Made by a program: the position numbers and the translations under genes. From the IMG/VR virus record IMGVR_UViG_3300037067_012588: DNA of 64,000 bases; one strand, 5' to 3'. Position 1 is the first letter of the stretch, and the number at the start of each line of letters is the position of its first letter. Positions 1-10,683 of this stretch are shown piece after piece. The stretch comes from a virus (taxonomy: Duplodnaviria; Caudoviricetes). The notes under the pieces are model-generated. The model was not told where the DNA came from. It saw nothing but the letters and a program-made list of their open reading frames with translations, and ran no database searches.

Positions 1-878
1 TTCTTGTTATAAGCAGGAGAAGAAAGTTGAGTCCATGTGCTTGTTGATGTATTGAATGACCACATCGGCGAAGCGGAACCCAAAGCAATATAGAGAGAAC
101 CATTGTTTTCCCACATGGCATGGTCATATCGAGCGGTCGGGAATGTTGCTCCCTGACTCACAGAGTTTGACCAAACATCAGTCGCAGGGTCATAGACAGA
201 CAAAATACCAAGAGCCGTATCGCTCTGATCTTGCCCACCCCAAACATAGAACTTGTTGTCAATAACAACAAGCTTCCAACCAAAATGCTTTCTCGGAGTT
301 ATCGTTGAGCTTTTTGCCTTACGCTCCCACTTGCCAGTTGCAAACTCATACGACCAGAGATCATCAAGAGTTCTCGTTTGACCTTGTCCTCCAAAAATCC
401 ACATCTTGCCGCCCCAAACACACGAGCCATGATATCCACGAGCAGGCGGAACTTGGTCGCCCATGTCTCGAATTGTGTTTGTCTCGATGTCGTATTCCCA
501 CATACGACGCCAATAGTTATCACCAAACCATGTCGAACGACGTTTTCCGCCGTAGACATATATTTTTCCATTATAGTGTTCTGCTGTTCCCAACCCAAAC
601 AAAGGAAGAGTCCAATGAGTGTTCGAACCAGGAATGAAATTACGAGGATGTTGACGAACAATGTCAGCTTTTCGTCCTTCATAGTAATTGACCTGATAAT
701 CCATGATATTCATACCAGACAGGGTACGCATATCTTGGGGTGTGTTTATTGGCCAAGCGTCTTTTGTTGAGAAAAACATCTGAGACGGAACAACGCTTGA
801 AGCCGACTGCACAGTGATACCTTGAGCATATCTCCGTGCAGAAATTGAAACTGGAAACCCTGAAAATCCGACTGACAT
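1..878 (-). CDS. Kelch-repeat beta-propeller protein (partial; runs off the left edge; absent from the ORF track)
   Basis: Hand translation: ATG at 878 after GAGGAGG, open to position 1. It gives MSVGFSGF...YNGKIYVYGG...PPARGYHGSCVWGGKMWIFGG...DDLWSYEFATGKW...IDNKFYVWGG...YDPATDVW...PTARYDH, which are classic Kelch GG/YDP..W repeats. Confidence 0.85.
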   Translation of the reverse strand, partial: MSVGFSGFPVSISARRYAQGITVQSASSVVPSQMFFSTKDAWPINTPQDMRTLSGMNIMDYQVNYYEGRKADIVRQHPRNFIPGSNTHWTLPLFGLGTAEHYNGKIYVYGGKRRSTWFGDNYWRRMWEYDIETNTIRDMGDQVPPARGYHGSCVWGGKMWIFGGQGQTRTLDDLWSYEFATGKWERKAKSSTITPRKHFGWKLVVIDNKFYVWGGQDQSDTALGILSVYDPATDVWSNSVSQGATFPTARYDHAMWENNGSLYIALGSASPMWSFNTSTSTWTQLSSPAYNK

Positions 879-905
879 GCGAAGTCCTCCTCGACGAGAC
901 AAACC

Positions 906-938
906 AGACTGGGGGGCGGGATATTCCGCCCCCCGTCT
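906..938 (-). terminator. GC-rich hairpin between two genes (terminator or mRNA-stability element)
   Basis: GGGGGGCGG-GATATT-CCGCCCCCC 9-bp stem flanked by AGAC/GTCT; only a weak U-tract follows. Confidence 0.45.
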
Positions 939-953
939 CATGTGAAATCTTTG

Positions 954-1355
954 TTACGAATACAAACCACCGAAAGCCGTGATGTGGAAAGTTTCGCTGT
1001 TGTGCGTCGAAGCACGAAGGACAACATTCATAGGAAGCATGATTCCGTTCGGAAGCATATCCAAAGTCTGAGAAAATGCCTTCACCGAAGCACCAGGAAC
1101 AGCGGCATCGACTCGAACTTCGCTGATCAGTGTGTGAAGATCAGCGACAGGGTCATAGATAAACAATCGAACCATACCAGCCGACGTTGTTCCTGCCGCC
1201 TGAACAACAACCTTGTCAACACGAGTCCCATCTGACGCACCAGAGACAACATCATACAACTGTCCAGTTCCGTTCAGATTCGTGTTTCCAGTGGTCATCA
1301 CAACTTGACCAACAGCACCCTTCAACGCATAAATTGGAGCGGTATTAGCAGCCAT
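954..1355 (-). CDS. Small hypothetical protein, probably virion/structural
   Basis: 133-aa ORF, GAGGAGGAG RBS, beta-rich composition, located in the fibre cluster. Confidence 0.7.
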   Translation of the reverse strand: MAANTAPIYALKGAVGQVVMTTGNTNLNGTGQLYDVVSGASDGTRVDKVVVQAAGTTSAGMVRLFIYDPVADLHTLISEVRVDAAVPGASVKAFSQTLDMLPNGIMLPMNVVLRASTHNSETFHITAFGGLYS

Positions 1356-1429
1356 TGTAACTCCTCCTCGTAAACAAAAAACCAGTCAATAGGTCTCACG
1401 ACCTCACATTACAGATAGCCATAAAATAA

Positions 1430-4400
1430 TTATTCCAAAACAACAGTTGGAACAGGAAGGGTTCCTGCATACGTCGCCCAACCTGTCAACGGCGGCAACT
1501 CTGTATCTTCCTGCTTCACATACCACGACCCACCAACCTGCCCAAGAACAGAACCAATCAACCAAGCCCCTATTCCGTTGTTCCAGAAAATAAATGCCTC
1601 ACCAGAACCCTTTACGAAATAAGGCTTTCCATCATTCAAGTCGAACATTTCCTGTGTGTATGATCCATTTGCACTCGTTGTTCCAGCATCCGAAAGAACA
1701 TATACAATCGGCATCGCAGATGAACTACTTGATGAACTAGAGCTAAAACTATCACTAAACGATGAACTTGACGATGAGCTACTTGATGACCAATTCTCAT
1801 CCGATGAAGAACTCGAACTACTAAGAGACTTCGAATATGAACTCGATGAGCTACTTTCGCTCAAAGAACTCGACGAACTGCTCGAACTCAACGAAGAACT
1901 GCTTGAGCTTGACGATGAAAGGCTAAAGCTCGATGAGCTAAACGAAGAACTCGAACTACTAAAGCTCGACGATGAACTCGAACTACTAAAGATGTAAGGT
2001 GTCTTCTGTGGAACAAAATTCGTCAACCATCTCGCAACATTTGAAATACGAATCTCATCCATATATCCCTTGAAGTACCCCATCGATGTCGGAGAAAGAG
2101 AAGCCGAACCATTTGCTCCAATCCACATCTGTCCAGAATAGATATTTGGAAGAGCAGTCGTTGTAATCTTGTTCATCTCCTGTCCGTCACGATAAATCGT
2201 GATAGTATTTCCATGACGTACAACAGCGACATGATACCAAACATTGCTCGACCAATTATTGCGCCCAGGACCAGAACCCAATGAGAATGTTGCCCCACCA
2301 GAGCTATTATGCCACGCAAACTGAACACCACTCTGTCCATCATAAGCAAGATACCAACGATTACTCGCATCCTGATACTTACCAATCAGATACTGACCAG
2401 CCGTATCTGCCCAATCCATGCGAATCCAGAAATCAATCGTGAAATCAGACCTCAAATCCCAATCAACACTGTCTGCAATCTTGGCATACGAATAATTTGC
2501 CCCTTCGAAATACAAAGAGCCACCGAAATCTCTACGAACTTTCGGAACCGAAATCATGTTGCCCGACAGAACCAAAGCTCGACGATAATCAGACATATCG
2601 CCTTCACGCTGAATGAGAAGGCGAGTATCACCGTCTGTAGTGTATGGGAACTCCTGTGGAACAAAGTTTCCAGACCAACGAGCAACACCTGAAACACGAA
2701 CCTCATCCATCAGTGCCGTCATGAAGTCAGCATCACCAAGAAGCGTTCCACCGATATATCCAGCCGCCGAAGCAGACAAATCCGAAGCCAAGGCAAATGA
2801 CTCAACCAAGTTACCATTCAAATATAGCCCTAAAGAGCCAGCAAGGCGCACAGCAGCGACATGGAGCCACTTACCCCGTACTGTTGGAACAAATCCAGTC
2901 GAAAGCGTTGTGGTGGCTCCTGCGTCCCTTGTTACGAATGAAAGAAGGGTACGTTCGTCCTCAATTCCATATTGAACCACTTCTGGATTAAATGAACTCG
3001 TCCACTTCGCCTCACCAAAGACAACACGGAACTCATCCACAAATCCCTTCAGGCGACTGAGTCCTTCTCCTCCCCAACGTCCAATGTTCTTTGGCTCCAT
3101 CTTTGTAATAAGTGTTCCAGAGACCGTAACATCGACATCCACAACACCATTGATATATGTACGCCAGTTGTTTCCATTTCGAACAAAAGCAATATGCGAC
3201 CACATATTCAAAGGAAGACTAATCGTTCCACGACCATTTCCGGCACTGTCGCCGTTCAGTATGCTCCAAGAAGAACCATTTGAACTTGCATACACACTGA
3301 CGTTTCCAGAACCGTTGTTACTGAAGTCCAAACCAAGCCAACAATCTGAATTACTTGCAAATAGTGATTGTCTCGAATATGCAGTTGGCATATACCAGAA
3401 ATCAATGGTGAAATTTGAAGCTCCAAATGCAAAATCTGTGCTTGCTGGAATGGAAAGATAAGAAGAACCATCAAACACCATCGACCACTTATTAACGATG
3501 ACATTGTTGTTTGAAGTCGTTACTGTGGAATTTGTAATGGCACGATTCTCGGCATAATCCACAAAACCACTATCGACCGCACGAATCAAAGCAATAGTCT
3601 TTATCGTCTGAACGTTCAACTTCCACGACCCATTAATTGAAGAAGTATTTCCAGACCCAACAACCGTCGAATTGCGAATAGCTGTTCCTGGCAACACCCA
3701 TGACTCAGCAGTGAAATCACCAGTCCCAAAATTGAAGGCAGAAGAAGCTGGCGTATAAAGATAACTCCCTCCAGTGAATCTCAACCCAGATTCATCATCA
3801 GAGAACAACCCAGCACCAGTCAATTCAACAGAGCCATAGTTTGTCAACGTGTGGTTCCAATCAGACTTATCCCCGTCACTCGCAACCAACAACTTCGTCG
3901 CCGCATCTCTTGCAGACGAACTACTGCTTGAGCTAAACGAGAAAGACTCTGAACTTGAATAAGACGAATCAGAACGCTTCGAATAACTTGAACTTGATGA
4001 TGACCAATCTGTTGCAGATGAAGAATATGATGACGAAATCGAATGAGACGAGTCATAAAATTGAACCGTACCATCCTTCTCATCAGCAGCTTCATTCCAT
4101 GTCAATCCTCCGTCATAACTGACATAGTTTCCGCTTGCCTCTGGTGTATTCCCAAACCAATAACTCGGCAAACGTGAAGCCTCATCTGTTGGAACCTCTT
4201 GCTCGTTCCCAGTGATTGCACGAATGAACCGACCACCCATCGACCCAGACGAGAAGCTGTAAGACGAACGACTAATCGATGACGAACTCGAAGAATCAGA
4301 ACTCCATGATGAGCTAGACGAGGAATGCGATGGATGCCCATCTGCATAATAATCCCATGTAACCGTAACTGGCCCGCTCGTATGATGAACACTCCAAGGT

Positions 4401-7400
4401 GTCCTATCTGTCGAATCCTCAACTGCATCTGCCCAAGTGATTCCACCATCATTGCTGATAAAGAACCCATCCTGACGGCGAACGCCAAGAAGAGGAATCG
4501 CACCGACAGAAACTTCTTGACGAATTCCTTCAAAGCCTCTCTGGTCACGAATCACATCGAAATACGGACCAGAAATAGCCGATGAACTGAAGCTGGACGA
4601 TGAACGGCTCACTGAGGAACGACTCATCGATGAACTCGATTGCGAACTGAAACTACTCGATGAACTGCTTGAGCTGAAACTATACTGATTGTTTGTGTAG
4701 AACATCCCTACACCATCAGCATACACAAGAGAAGCATCTATATCCGAGAAAGCCTTATCGTATATAGAAACAGAATCGATACCTCCATTAAAATATTCCT
4801 GCCAAGCAGATGCCCATCGACCACGCCCTATATTGATATTTGCCAACTCATTTGCTGAATAGGATGTGAATGTGGTAGAACGCACCCCGTTTACAAAGAG
4901 CTTCAATACGTTTCCATCACGAACAGCCAAAATATGATGCCAACGTCCAACACCAACAGTCATCGCAGAATCGACACGAGAATAATTTGATGATCCAGTG
5001 TTTTCGTTCACATCAAGAATAACTTGATTATTTGGATTCAGCTTTATAGAAACAACAGGATATGCCGTCTCAGATGCAGCCGTGAAAATATACTGATACG
5101 ATGAACCATTTGTTTCTGGTTTCACCCACATAGATATTGTCCACTTCTGACCAAACTGATATTCGGAACCCTGCATGTATGTGTCTGTTCCGTTGAACCT
5201 TGCGGCTCCGCCATTCTTTCCAACAATATCACGAACAACATTTGGTGATACTGTTAATTCCATTGTACCAATACTATCAAGCTCGTTACCCGTCTGCCCT
5301 TCAAGTTCCCAAAGGTGAACAAGACCATCAGCCATCGACAATGATTCAGAAGACGATGAACTTGAAACAGAAGACCAAGAAGAACTCGAACTGCTTATCG
5401 AGCTGTGCGAATACGATGATGAACTGAACGAGTTTGAAGAAGATTCTCCAGGCTCCAAGAACACACGGAAAGCATACTCTCCATCTTCATCGCCCTTATA
5501 AGTCGACACCCATGTCGTCCCGCCGTCATAAGTCGTAAATAATCCATCTTTCTTGGCAACCAAATCCCAATAAACAGGAGTTGACTCCATCTTTGAATCA
5601 GGACGGAATGGAGGTTCGTTCGTTTCAAGAATGAAATGCTGTCTCTGTTTCACCGAACCTGAAGAAAAACTGTTCGATGAACGACTAATCGACGATGAAG
5701 ATGACATAGAACTGAATGACATCGATGAACTGCTCTTCGAAGAACGTGAGCTACTCGATAAAGAAGTTGACGGCAAGGTATCTGTTGTGAACACCTTCCA
5801 CTGAATAGCATCAACATCATCGCTCGTCGCTTCAACCCATGTCATACCACCATCAAGAGAGACAAATCTTCCCTGTTGTTTTGCTGCAACCTGAAGTCCA
5901 GCATTCAAAACAGCATCAAGCTCGTTTTTCTTTCCAATGAAATTTCTTCTTGGGTCAACTTCCGCATTCATGAACAGGTCACGGAGAACCATACTGTTCG
6001 ATGAACTCGATGAACTACTGAAACTCGAACTGCTAAAACTCGAAGACGAACTTGAACTAGATGAACTTGAGCTATATGATTGAGAATAAGCAGGAGCTTC
6101 GTTGATTGTTCCGTTTCTGTAATATGTCCCGTTGGCGTAAATTGTTCCTCCACCCGAAACAATCACAGCATCCAAAGCAACATTGTAGGTCAACGTCGGA
6201 ACAGGCTCTGTACCAATCCCAAGTGTCTCCCAAATAGCGGCAACGGCTCCCTCGATGTCTTTGCCATCATAAGATGTCTTGTACCACTTGATCCCATTCT
6301 CTGGTCCTGTTCCAAGATACCAAGACAAACCAGGTTCATACCACAAACCAACACCACCAGAGTTTGGAGATGATGAAGAAGAAATCGATGACCATGAAGA
6401 ACTTGAACTGCTGAAGCTCGAAGAACTACTCGAACTTGAAGATGAACTTGAAGATGTCCACATGTCCATAGCAGTCAAGTTATTCCAACAAGATGTCCAT
6501 CCTGTTCCAATACCTTCCGAAAGCATCTGGGCGTATCCAGAGAAAGGAAGCAGAGACAATGTAAACGTAAAATCTCCAAATACTGTCCAAAGGTCTCCAT
6601 CAACGAGTTTATACCACGCCCGAATACGTTGACCGTCTCTACGGAAGCGCAACGTAACTGGTCCAACAGGAACGACACCTGTTACCTCGCCATTCCACCA
6701 ATCTGTTGATCCATATCCCCAAGAGGTTTTCATGGATAAGTCAAAACCCACACCATTTCCACGAATCTCAACTTTGGCATAGTAAACTTCGTCAACATAA
6801 TAAGCCAATGTCGCAACGCTTCCTATATCGATAGCTGTCTCTGCAGAAATCTGCATATCCCAGTCTTGATGCAACGGACGACGCCACTGAATTCCGTAGG
6901 CATTATCACTCCATCCCAAACCATCATGTTTCAACTCACCGTTAAATTCATTCGGAGTTTGACAATCCCAACAAGTCGAAGTATCCATCGAACCATTCGA
7001 TGGATGAATGATTTCAAAATCTGCCAAGTCACAGAATGTATAGTAGAAAATCGGATACTGTGAAGACGACGAGGAACTCGACGGAGAACTTGATGACACT
7101 GATGATCTTGAACTTGACGATGAGCTACTCGATGTTGAATCGTCAATATTAAAAATATAAACCCCGCCGCAATTTTCATGAGTACCATCATCATACCCAG
7201 TTGTTCCAGCGAATACTTCCTTACCAAGAATCTCCACAGCCCATCCAAGGTTTTCACTTGCACTTCCTGTCAAATCTTGGCAAAGCCCACGCTCAACCCA
7301 AACTCCACGAGAATTCTTTGAATCCTTGAATAGATATACAGCTCCAATGCCACCTTTTTTGTATGACCCAACAGCAACTTGGAAGTTGTCTATCGCAACA

Positions 7401-9982
7401 TCATAACCAAAGCAGTCTCCAACAATCGAATCCGAACCCGTAAACGATGAAGCCTGAACCCAAGCTTCTGTCCCAATCGTCCTATTGTATCCATACACAA
7501 TGCCTTTAGCACTGTTGTACCCAAACGACCCAACAATAATCTTGTCATTGTCAATATCAACTGAACATCCATAATATGCATTCGGAAGAACATATTCTGG
7601 AGTAAGTTTAGCTGTCTGTTCCCACCAATCATACCAATAGTGCCTGAAAACATATGCGGCCCCAACACCACCGTTCGCCAAATATGCACCAACAATCACT
7701 CGGCTGTTTGAAATAGCAACAGAATGCCCAAAGTAATCATTTGGCTGAATGTCGTTCGAAAGCAACTTCGCAGAAAATGTCCACACCTCTACACCATCTG
7801 TCAGACGATAAGCATATACGGCTCCCGTTTCTGTCGATGTGTTTGTGCTAAATGAACTCGATGACGAACTGACAGAGCTTTCACTGCTCGATGACAAAGA
7901 AGAACTGGATGAACTTGAAGAAGAGTCGCTCCAACTCGATGAACTTGAACTAGATGAACTCGAACTGTCAGACCATGAAGAGCTGGAACTGCTTGACCAA
8001 CTCATATCAGAAGACGAACTCGAAGAATCAGAAGAACTCGAAGACCACGATGAAGAACTAAAGCTACTCGATGACCACGATGAAGAGCTAAAGCTACTTG
8101 ATGCGAAATACTCCTTCGCATTCGAACGCTCTGCTCCGACAACAATCACCAAACCTTCAATTCCAACCGATACGCCAAAACGCTGCTGCGGAACGGCATC
8201 CCTTGAAAGAAGTTTATCTGTCTGCGTCCAATCTTCTGTTTCATCCTGCTTCTTGAAGACATAGGCAGCACCAGCCTCTGTACCCTTAGCATTTGTGTTC
8301 TTCGGCGCACCGATGACGATATATGGTAGAGATATAGCCACAGATGCACCAAACCAGTTGCTTGCCCCAACATCACTAGCAACAAGCTTTGAAGTCTGAG
8401 TCCAAACACCATTAATCTTCTTAAACACATACGCAGAACCAGCATCCGTCTTTCCGTCAACATCGTCATACTGCGACCCAACGACAAGATATTCACCATC
8501 GATAGCCAACGAAACACCAAACCGCTCATCTTGTTCTGGATCATTCGGAAGAAGAACACTCGACCCAGGAAAGAAAGAACTCGAAGATGACGAACTTGAA
8601 GAATTGCTGCTTGAACTCCAACTACTTGAAGAAAAACTACTTGAAGAATAGGAATACGATGACGAGCTTGATGAACTCAAAGATTCCGATGACCACGACT
8701 CTGACGACCACGAAGAACTTGAACTGCTGAAGCTCGAAGAAGTTGATTCAGATGAACTCGAACTTGAAGGCTGAACAAGATTAATATAGGAATTCTTGTT
8801 TCCAACAGTATTTGCTGGAGGGTAATAATTCAAGTCTTCTGGGACGGGGTCCAGATTCCACCCACAATGGTAAGGCTGAGACCAATAGGCAATGATATAA
8901 CTTCCGCTATCGGCAAGATACCCGTATTCAGCCGTATCACGACAGATAGTGCTTACGGCATCCATCGTTGACTGACGCTCAACAGCAAAACCATTTTTAG
9001 GTCCAATGGTGAATGCAAAACCAGCGTCCATAACGGAGCCAGTCTTCAGAATAAAACCACCCATAGCAGGACGAACTGCCGCTGCGTTTATGGCATCGAT
9101 ATAACTACCATTCTCGGCATAGAAACCAATTATGCCACCAATTGCAACAACACCCTCAGCCTCTACGCCTCCCTTTGTTTGAGAATGAACACCATGAGGG
9201 AAGTTTTCAAATACAACATTCTGTCCAAGCCTCAAATATGAATTATCCGAGACAAAAGCTCCACAGATATCGTCTGACGAAGCATTCTTTGAAACAAAGT
9301 GAATGCCGTCTACCAACCCAAGAACACCTCCACTCCGAAGGTCAATCGCAGAAACATTGTCGCATTCAACTATAACCGCATCCAAGTCGACATATGAACG
9401 GACATAACCAAAAACCTCTTCACCGCCAGACTCCCTAAAGCTCTCGTTCGCATAAACTCGTGTGTAGCCTTCCCACAACTCAAAAGAAGAAACAGTATAG
9501 ACTCCGTTATTTCCTTGAGTCTCATCATAAATCCTAAACGCACAACCAACAGGGAACGATGAACGAACATCGCCCTCAAAAACAACAACCGAATCAGGGT
9601 TTGATTGAATGTCAACGATGTTGAAACGCAATGTTCCAGATATCACCCCTCGAACATTAATCCTACTTCCACATGGGTGATCTATTGTAAAAGATGTGGC
9701 GTTCGAATAAACACCAGGCAACAACTTCACTGTTACAGTGGCGTTTTCTTCAATCCATTTGTCGTTTATCCAGTCGGCAAACTTAGCGAATGTTCTCCAA
9801 GGATTTGTCTCAGAACCATTTCCTGTATCGTCATTACCCATTGGACTCAGATAGACAACTTGGTTTGAACTTACAACGGACATCGCCCGCCGCCAAGCCG
9901 TTGTTCCGACTCCATCCGCAAAAAGACCACGTCCCTCTGGGATACCTTGAGAATCAATCCATTTAGCTTTCAGATTGGCCAT
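1430..9982 (-). CDS. 2850-aa poly-serine-linked multidomain fibre/adhesin (beta-helix-like N-terminus, FG-GAP repeats, Asp-boxes, LamG/ConA-like domains)
   Basis: N-terminal YLSPMGNDDTGNGSETNPWRT motif; FG-GAP repeats (FGVSLAIDGEYLVVGS..GSAYVF); four [ST]xDGGxTW Asp-boxes; several LamG-like domains (W.H.A.VR.G......Y.NG, F.G..DE.R[VI]); more than 10 long Ser tracts. Confidence 0.85.
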   Translation of the reverse strand: MANLKAKWIDSQGIPEGRGLFADGVGTTAWRRAMSVVSSNQVVYLSPMGNDDTGNGSETNPWRTFAKFADWINDKWIEENATVTVKLLPGVYSNATSFTIDHPCGSRINVRGVISGTLRFNIVDIQSNPDSVVVFEGDVRSSFPVGCAFRIYDETQGNNGVYTVSSFELWEGYTRVYANESFRESGGEEVFGYVRSYVDLDAVIVECDNVSAIDLRSGGVLGLVDGIHFVSKNASSDDICGAFVSDNSYLRLGQNVVFENFPHGVHSQTKGGVEAEGVVAIGGIIGFYAENGSYIDAINAAAVRPAMGGFILKTGSVMDAGFAFTIGPKNGFAVERQSTMDAVSTICRDTAEYGYLADSGSYIIAYWSQPYHCGWNLDPVPEDLNYYPPANTVGNKNSYINLVQPSSSSSSESTSSSFSSSSSSWSSESWSSESLSSSSSSSYSYSSSSFSSSSWSSSSNSSSSSSSSSFFPGSSVLLPNDPEQDERFGVSLAIDGEYLVVGSQYDDVDGKTDAGSAYVFKKINGVWTQTSKLVASDVGASNWFGASVAISLPYIVIGAPKNTNAKGTEAGAAYVFKKQDETEDWTQTDKLLSRDAVPQQRFGVSVGIEGLVIVVGAERSNAKEYFASSSFSSSSWSSSSFSSSSWSSSSSDSSSSSSDMSWSSSSSSSWSDSSSSSSSSSSSWSDSSSSSSSSSLSSSSESSVSSSSSSFSTNTSTETGAVYAYRLTDGVEVWTFSAKLLSNDIQPNDYFGHSVAISNSRVIVGAYLANGGVGAAYVFRHYWYDWWEQTAKLTPEYVLPNAYYGCSVDIDNDKIIVGSFGYNSAKGIVYGYNRTIGTEAWVQASSFTGSDSIVGDCFGYDVAIDNFQVAVGSYKKGGIGAVYLFKDSKNSRGVWVERGLCQDLTGSASENLGWAVEILGKEVFAGTTGYDDGTHENCGGVYIFNIDDSTSSSSSSSSRSSVSSSSPSSSSSSSQYPIFYYTFCDLADFEIIHPSNGSMDTSTCWDCQTPNEFNGELKHDGLGWSDNAYGIQWRRPLHQDWDMQISAETAIDIGSVATLAYYVDEVYYAKVEIRGNGVGFDLSMKTSWGYGSTDWWNGEVTGVVPVGPVTLRFRRDGQRIRAWYKLVDGDLWTVFGDFTFTLSLLPFSGYAQMLSEGIGTGWTSCWNNLTAMDMWTSSSSSSSSSSSSSFSSSSSSWSSISSSSSPNSGGVGLWYEPGLSWYLGTGPENGIKWYKTSYDGKDIEGAVAAIWETLGIGTEPVPTLTYNVALDAVIVSGGGTIYANGTYYRNGTINEAPAYSQSYSSSSSSSSSSSSFSSSSFSSSSSSSNSMVLRDLFMNAEVDPRRNFIGKKNELDAVLNAGLQVAAKQQGRFVSLDGGMTWVEATSDDVDAIQWKVFTTDTLPSTSLSSSSRSSKSSSSMSFSSMSSSSSISRSSNSFSSGSVKQRQHFILETNEPPFRPDSKMESTPVYWDLVAKKDGLFTTYDGGTTWVSTYKGDEDGEYAFRVFLEPGESSSNSFSSSSYSHSSISSSSSSWSSVSSSSSSESLSMADGLVHLWELEGQTGNELDSIGTMELTVSPNVVRDIVGKNGGAARFNGTDTYMQGSEYQFGQKWTISMWVKPETNGSSYQYIFTAASETAYPVVSIKLNPNNQVILDVNENTGSSNYSRVDSAMTVGVGRWHHILAVRDGNVLKLFVNGVRSTTFTSYSANELANINIGRGRWASAWQEYFNGGIDSVSIYDKAFSDIDASLVYADGVGMFYTNNQYSFSSSSSSSSFSSQSSSSMSRSSVSRSSSSFSSSAISGPYFDVIRDQRGFEGIRQEVSVGAIPLLGVRRQDGFFISNDGGITWADAVEDSTDRTPWSVHHTSGPVTVTWDYYADGHPSHSSSSSSWSSDSSSSSSISRSSYSFSSGSMGGRFIRAITGNEQEVPTDEASRLPSYWFGNTPEASGNYVSYDGGLTWNEAADEKDGTVQFYDSSHSISSSYSSSATDWSSSSSSYSKRSDSSYSSSESFSFSSSSSSSARDAATKLLVASDGDKSDWNHTLTNYGSVELTGAGLFSDDESGLRFTGGSYLYTPASSAFNFGTGDFTAESWVLPGTAIRNSTVVGSGNTSSINGSWKLNVQTIKTIALIRAVDSGFVDYAENRAITNSTVTTSNNNVIVNKWSMVFDGSSYLSIPASTDFAFGASNFTIDFWYMPTAYSRQSLFASNSDCWLGLDFSNNGSGNVSVYASSNGSSWSILNGDSAGNGRGTISLPLNMWSHIAFVRNGNNWRTYINGVVDVDVTVSGTLITKMEPKNIGRWGGEGLSRLKGFVDEFRVVFGEAKWTSSFNPEVVQYGIEDERTLLSFVTRDAGATTTLSTGFVPTVRGKWLHVAAVRLAGSLGLYLNGNLVESFALASDLSASAAGYIGGTLLGDADFMTALMDEVRVSGVARWSGNFVPQEFPYTTDGDTRLLIQREGDMSDYRRALVLSGNMISVPKVRRDFGGSLYFEGANYSYAKIADSVDWDLRSDFTIDFWIRMDWADTAGQYLIGKYQDASNRWYLAYDGQSGVQFAWHNSSGGATFSLGSGPGRNNWSSNVWYHVAVVRHGNTITIYRDGQEMNKITTTALPNIYSGQMWIGANGSASLSPTSMGYFKGYMDEIRISNVARWLTNFVPQKTPYIFSSSSSSSSFSSSSSSFSSSSFSLSSSSSSSSSLSSSSSSSSLSESSSSSSYSKSLSSSSSSSDENWSSSSSSSSSSFSDSFSSSSSSSSSAMPIVYVLSDAGTTSANGSYTQEMFDLNDGKPYFVKGSGEAFIFWNNGIGAWLIGSVLGQVGGSWYVKQEDTELPPLTGWATYAGTLPVPTVVLE

Positions 9983-9993
9983 GTTCTATTCCC

Positions 9994-10680
9994 CTAAACC
10001 TTATACGGGTATATGATTTGAATCGTGTCGCCCTCAACGATATTCCCAGTCAAAGGAACAGTGGGCTGACCATAATTCTGAAAAACTATACGCTTGATTG
10101 TTGAAGAAAGCTGAACTTGAAAATCAGGATACGTTCCCCAAACATTCAACATGTTGTCCGCATTCAACTGCTCAATACCACCAAGAACATTGACACGAAC
10201 GAGTTTCGCATCAAGTATTTCCGGAGAAAGAGTTGAGATATCTACAAATCCTTGAGACATATCATCCGTAGTAATCGTGTGAGGAAGAACGTTTTCACGA
10301 ACACCTCCAAGATTCTCATCGATAATTTCACGATTTGTCTCATCATACAAAGCACGAAACTGATCAGGAACAGTCGCCGTACCAACACGAGCAAGCTTCC
10401 AGTTTGGAGTAGGAGTAAAGACAACCCCTCGCCCTTCCTCTGGTGACTTCAGAGTCTTCCTCAAATCCTCAACAATGAGAACGTAATTCTGTGACGAATA
10501 CTTTGCAGCAATGCTAAAAACACTCTGTTCATTGTATTCTGAATCACTGATAATATCCCCAACAGAAATCTCATCCGAAGTCGCCTCATCCAAATAGATA
10601 TTGATTTGCGACAAGAGATTTCCCCTTGGCGACATGGCAACCTTGGCTTTTGGAGATAGATAACAATTTGCCGTCACCAT
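9994..10680 (-). CDS. Hypothetical structural protein
   Basis: 228-aa ORF packed tightly in the operon; no family recognised. Confidence 0.7.
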   Translation of the reverse strand: MVTANCYLSPKAKVAMSPRGNLLSQINIYLDEATSDEISVGDIISDSEYNEQSVFSIAAKYSSQNYVLIVEDLRKTLKSPEEGRGVVFTPTPNWKLARVGTATVPDQFRALYDETNREIIDENLGGVRENVLPHTITTDDMSQGFVDISTLSPEILDAKLVRVNVLGGIEQLNADNMLNVWGTYPDFQVQLSSTIKRIVFQNYGQPTVPLTGNIVEGDTIQIIYPYKV

Positions 10681-10683
10681 ATT

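Noticed and set aside
1656-8264. Plus-strand E/L/D-rich ORFs (e.g. 1656..1997, 6279..6632, 7839..8264)
   Set aside because: They are antisense shadows of the poly-Ser tracts and have no independent RBS or context.
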